A stretch of DNA of 63,808 nucleotides, the filler included, from Hausera hauseri (taxonomy: Eukaryota), in NCBI GenBank assembly GCA_046269625.1. It is 10 parts of 10 records of this genome, joined end to end, with 100 filler letters (N's around TTAATTAATTAA, not from the genome) between each part and the next. Parts side by side here need not be neighbours in the genome. Positions count along the whole stretch, not along the records: positions 59,837 to 63,808 come from JBJURY010848413.1; 9 more parts are not named here. One strand, written 5' to 3'. This document shows, piece by piece, positions 61,685 to 63,808 of this stretch (position 1 is its first letter; the number at the start of each line of letters is the position of its first letter). The position numbers and the translations under genes were made by a program. The notes under the pieces were generated by a model. It made no database searches and was not told the DNA's origin. It saw only the letters and a program-made list of their open reading frames with translations.

Positions 61685-63808
61685 CTTACGTCACCAGAAA
61701 GTCGTTACTTAACGTTCGACCGAGAGCTCCTAGCTATAGTATTAGCCGTGAAACATTTCCCGCATTTGTTAATTGCCAGGTCTTTTACGATTAAAACTGA
61801 CCACAAAACTCATTCGCATCATGGATATGAAAACTCCCTCACCTTGACAAGAACGCCACATATCGTACTTGTCGACATTCAGTTTTAAAATGGTACATAT
61901 TTCAGGCACTAACAATTTGGTTGCCGATTTTTTGTCGAGATCTGTTAACATCATTGGAGTCACTCCAATTTTCTCAGAGGTAGTGCTTCGGAAAAACGTA
62001 TCAGCACAGGAAATTCTTAAGTCTTAAATGGCACCAAATTATCGACGGAATAGCATATGACACTTCTACACCCGGTAATCACAAATCAATTCTGTCTTCA
62101 TCTTTGTAGAAAACTGCATTTCATAAAGTACATTCTCTTTATCATCCGGGTGCCAAAGCAACATTTCGTCTTCTGCAACGTAGCGTTATATGGCCGTCGA
62201 TGAGCTCAGACGTACAGGCTTGGGTTAAGGAATGCGTGGCATGCCAAAAATTCAAAACTCACAAGCATCTGAAGCCACTCTTATATCACTTTCCTTGTAC
62301 GTCGCGTTTTAAATCCGTTCATATAGACCTAGTCGGCCTTCTTCGTCCATACAACGGTCATCAATTCATACTTACCATGATGGACCATTATTCTCGATGG
62401 ACAGAAGCCGTTCCATTACGTTTCACCAACACAGACACTATTGCTGAGGTCTTCATCAAAACATGGATCAGCAGATTTGGCTCCCCTCGTTTCATAATCA
62501 CGGACCAAGGTCCACAATTTGAGTTAAATCTCTTTAAGTCCTTAGTCAATCGCTTGGGGATTAAACACATACACACCTCTCCATATCATCCCCAAGAGAA
62601 CGATTTACTAGAAAGATTCTACCTCACAATGAAGACGTCACTTAAAATCCTTACTGAATCACACAGCAACTGGACAGCTGTTCTACCTCTTGTCTTGCTT
62701 GGCTGGCGAAACACACCCTCCACTACAACGGGTTGTGCACCAGCTGAAGCATTGTTTGGAACACCGATTCGAGCACTTTTTGAGTTAACTGATTTGAACG
62801 ATATGCCAACAGGCGAACTAATTCGAAATGCTCAAGATCACTTCGTTATACTACACAAAGACTCATTTTGCAAAATAGTAAATTATAAAAAATCAAATAT
62901 ACCAAATGATTTGTATACTGCCAAGTTTGACTGGCTTTGAAATCCTTCACCTGGTTGTTTTTAACCACAATACGTTGGGCCATTCAAATTCCTTTGTTTA
63001 TAGTTTCACACAGCTACAGTTCTTAAAAGCGGTAAAGAACAAACTGTACATATCACCAGTCTAAAACCCCAATTCCACTGGCACTTTTCTCGATTCTTTT
63101 ATTTCTACTCCGTTCCTTGCTAAATCAATAAATCATCAACCATTACCTGGTCCAATTTCCACTTTTCTTTCTAAATTTTCCACCCCTACTTCCAATTCTT
63201 TACCTGTTGCTTTTCACTTCTCATCTTCTACAGCTAACGTTCCATCCACTACTTCACATTCATCACTTTCTGCTTCTTTTGTCTTAATTTCAACCCCCTT
63301 TTCTCATCTTCCAACTCTACTTTACATTCTCCACTTTTTACTTCTCACTCTTCATTTTCCATTTTTTATTCCTTACCTTCTTCCTCCATTTCTTCTTCAA
63401 TTAATCGTTCCTCACAACTCTCACTTCCCTCAACAAAAACAATACCAAACAATCAACCCAAAAATACGACAAAGCTCTCACCCCTAAGTACATTTCCGCA
63501 AATGAACACACCACATAAAAACAGAACACGCAGAGTTACTTTCAGTAAGTACAGTAGAGAGCAATATATCGAAAAAGTACAACGCCTAGTACACACAAAA
63601 ATCAAGTTGAACACAAATCCATTTCCCTTTTGCGATTTTCTTTCATGTTGTCGCTCTCTATTATAGTAGTATTTTTTGTTTTGTTTTTAGTTTTTCTACG
63701 GGAGAGGGATAGTGGTGCCGCAGTTGCGGGCGCCGCCACCATTGACGACAAGCGTTTGGCGACTGAGTGCATTTTGGACAGATGCTCCACTCGTTTTGAT
63801 TTTAGCCC
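61685..63808 (+). mobile_element. Family A gypsy copy A5 (RNase H, IN, tail, PPT, LTR start)
   Basis: RYLTFDRELLA, TDHK, IN ORF 62200-62940, PPT GGGAGAGGGA near 63700, LTR start GTGGTGCCGC at 63712. Confidence 0.92.

Noticed and set aside
61590-63808. Simple autointegration product of one element
   Set aside because: The inverted LTR piece and the 3' LTR belong to different subtypes; kept only as an alternative in the junction finding.

Overview
Eukaryotic, AT-rich invertebrate DNA; the DEG/ENaC and retroelement types suggest a flatworm, but this is an inference. The window is 10 contigs joined by artificial 100-bp N/TTAATTAATTAA linkers, and almost everything is decayed mobile DNA. (1) Five fragments of a CsRn1-like Ty3/gypsy family (family A), whose gag has a doubled CHCC motif and a -1 frameshift signal. 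(2) Two divergent copies (about 5999-15346 on +, 43388-55491 on -) of a large retrovirus-like Ty3/gypsy element (family B). Its inferred order is gag(CCHC), helical region, AT-hook, Bcl-2-like domain, chuvirus-type envelope glycoprotein, PR, dUTPase-like, RT, RNase H, IN, a second type-I membrane glycoprotein, a hairpin plus splice acceptor, a 3' ORF (RING in one copy), PPT and LTR. An env placed between gag and pol, next to a Bcl-2 fold, is the standout observation. (3) Three Maverick/Polinton remnants, a Tigger fragment, an RTE fragment, MITE-like hairpins, a ~2.8-kb foldback and a ~95-bp satellite. (4) Intron-free, disrupted host-gene fragments (NOMO, KMT2C/D PHD region, DEG/ENaC). (5) An unexplained ~4-kb decayed ORF with a duplicated domain. 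(6) A mammalian-looking L1 3' UTR. All calls are by-eye motif recognition, no searches were run, and most boundaries are approximate.
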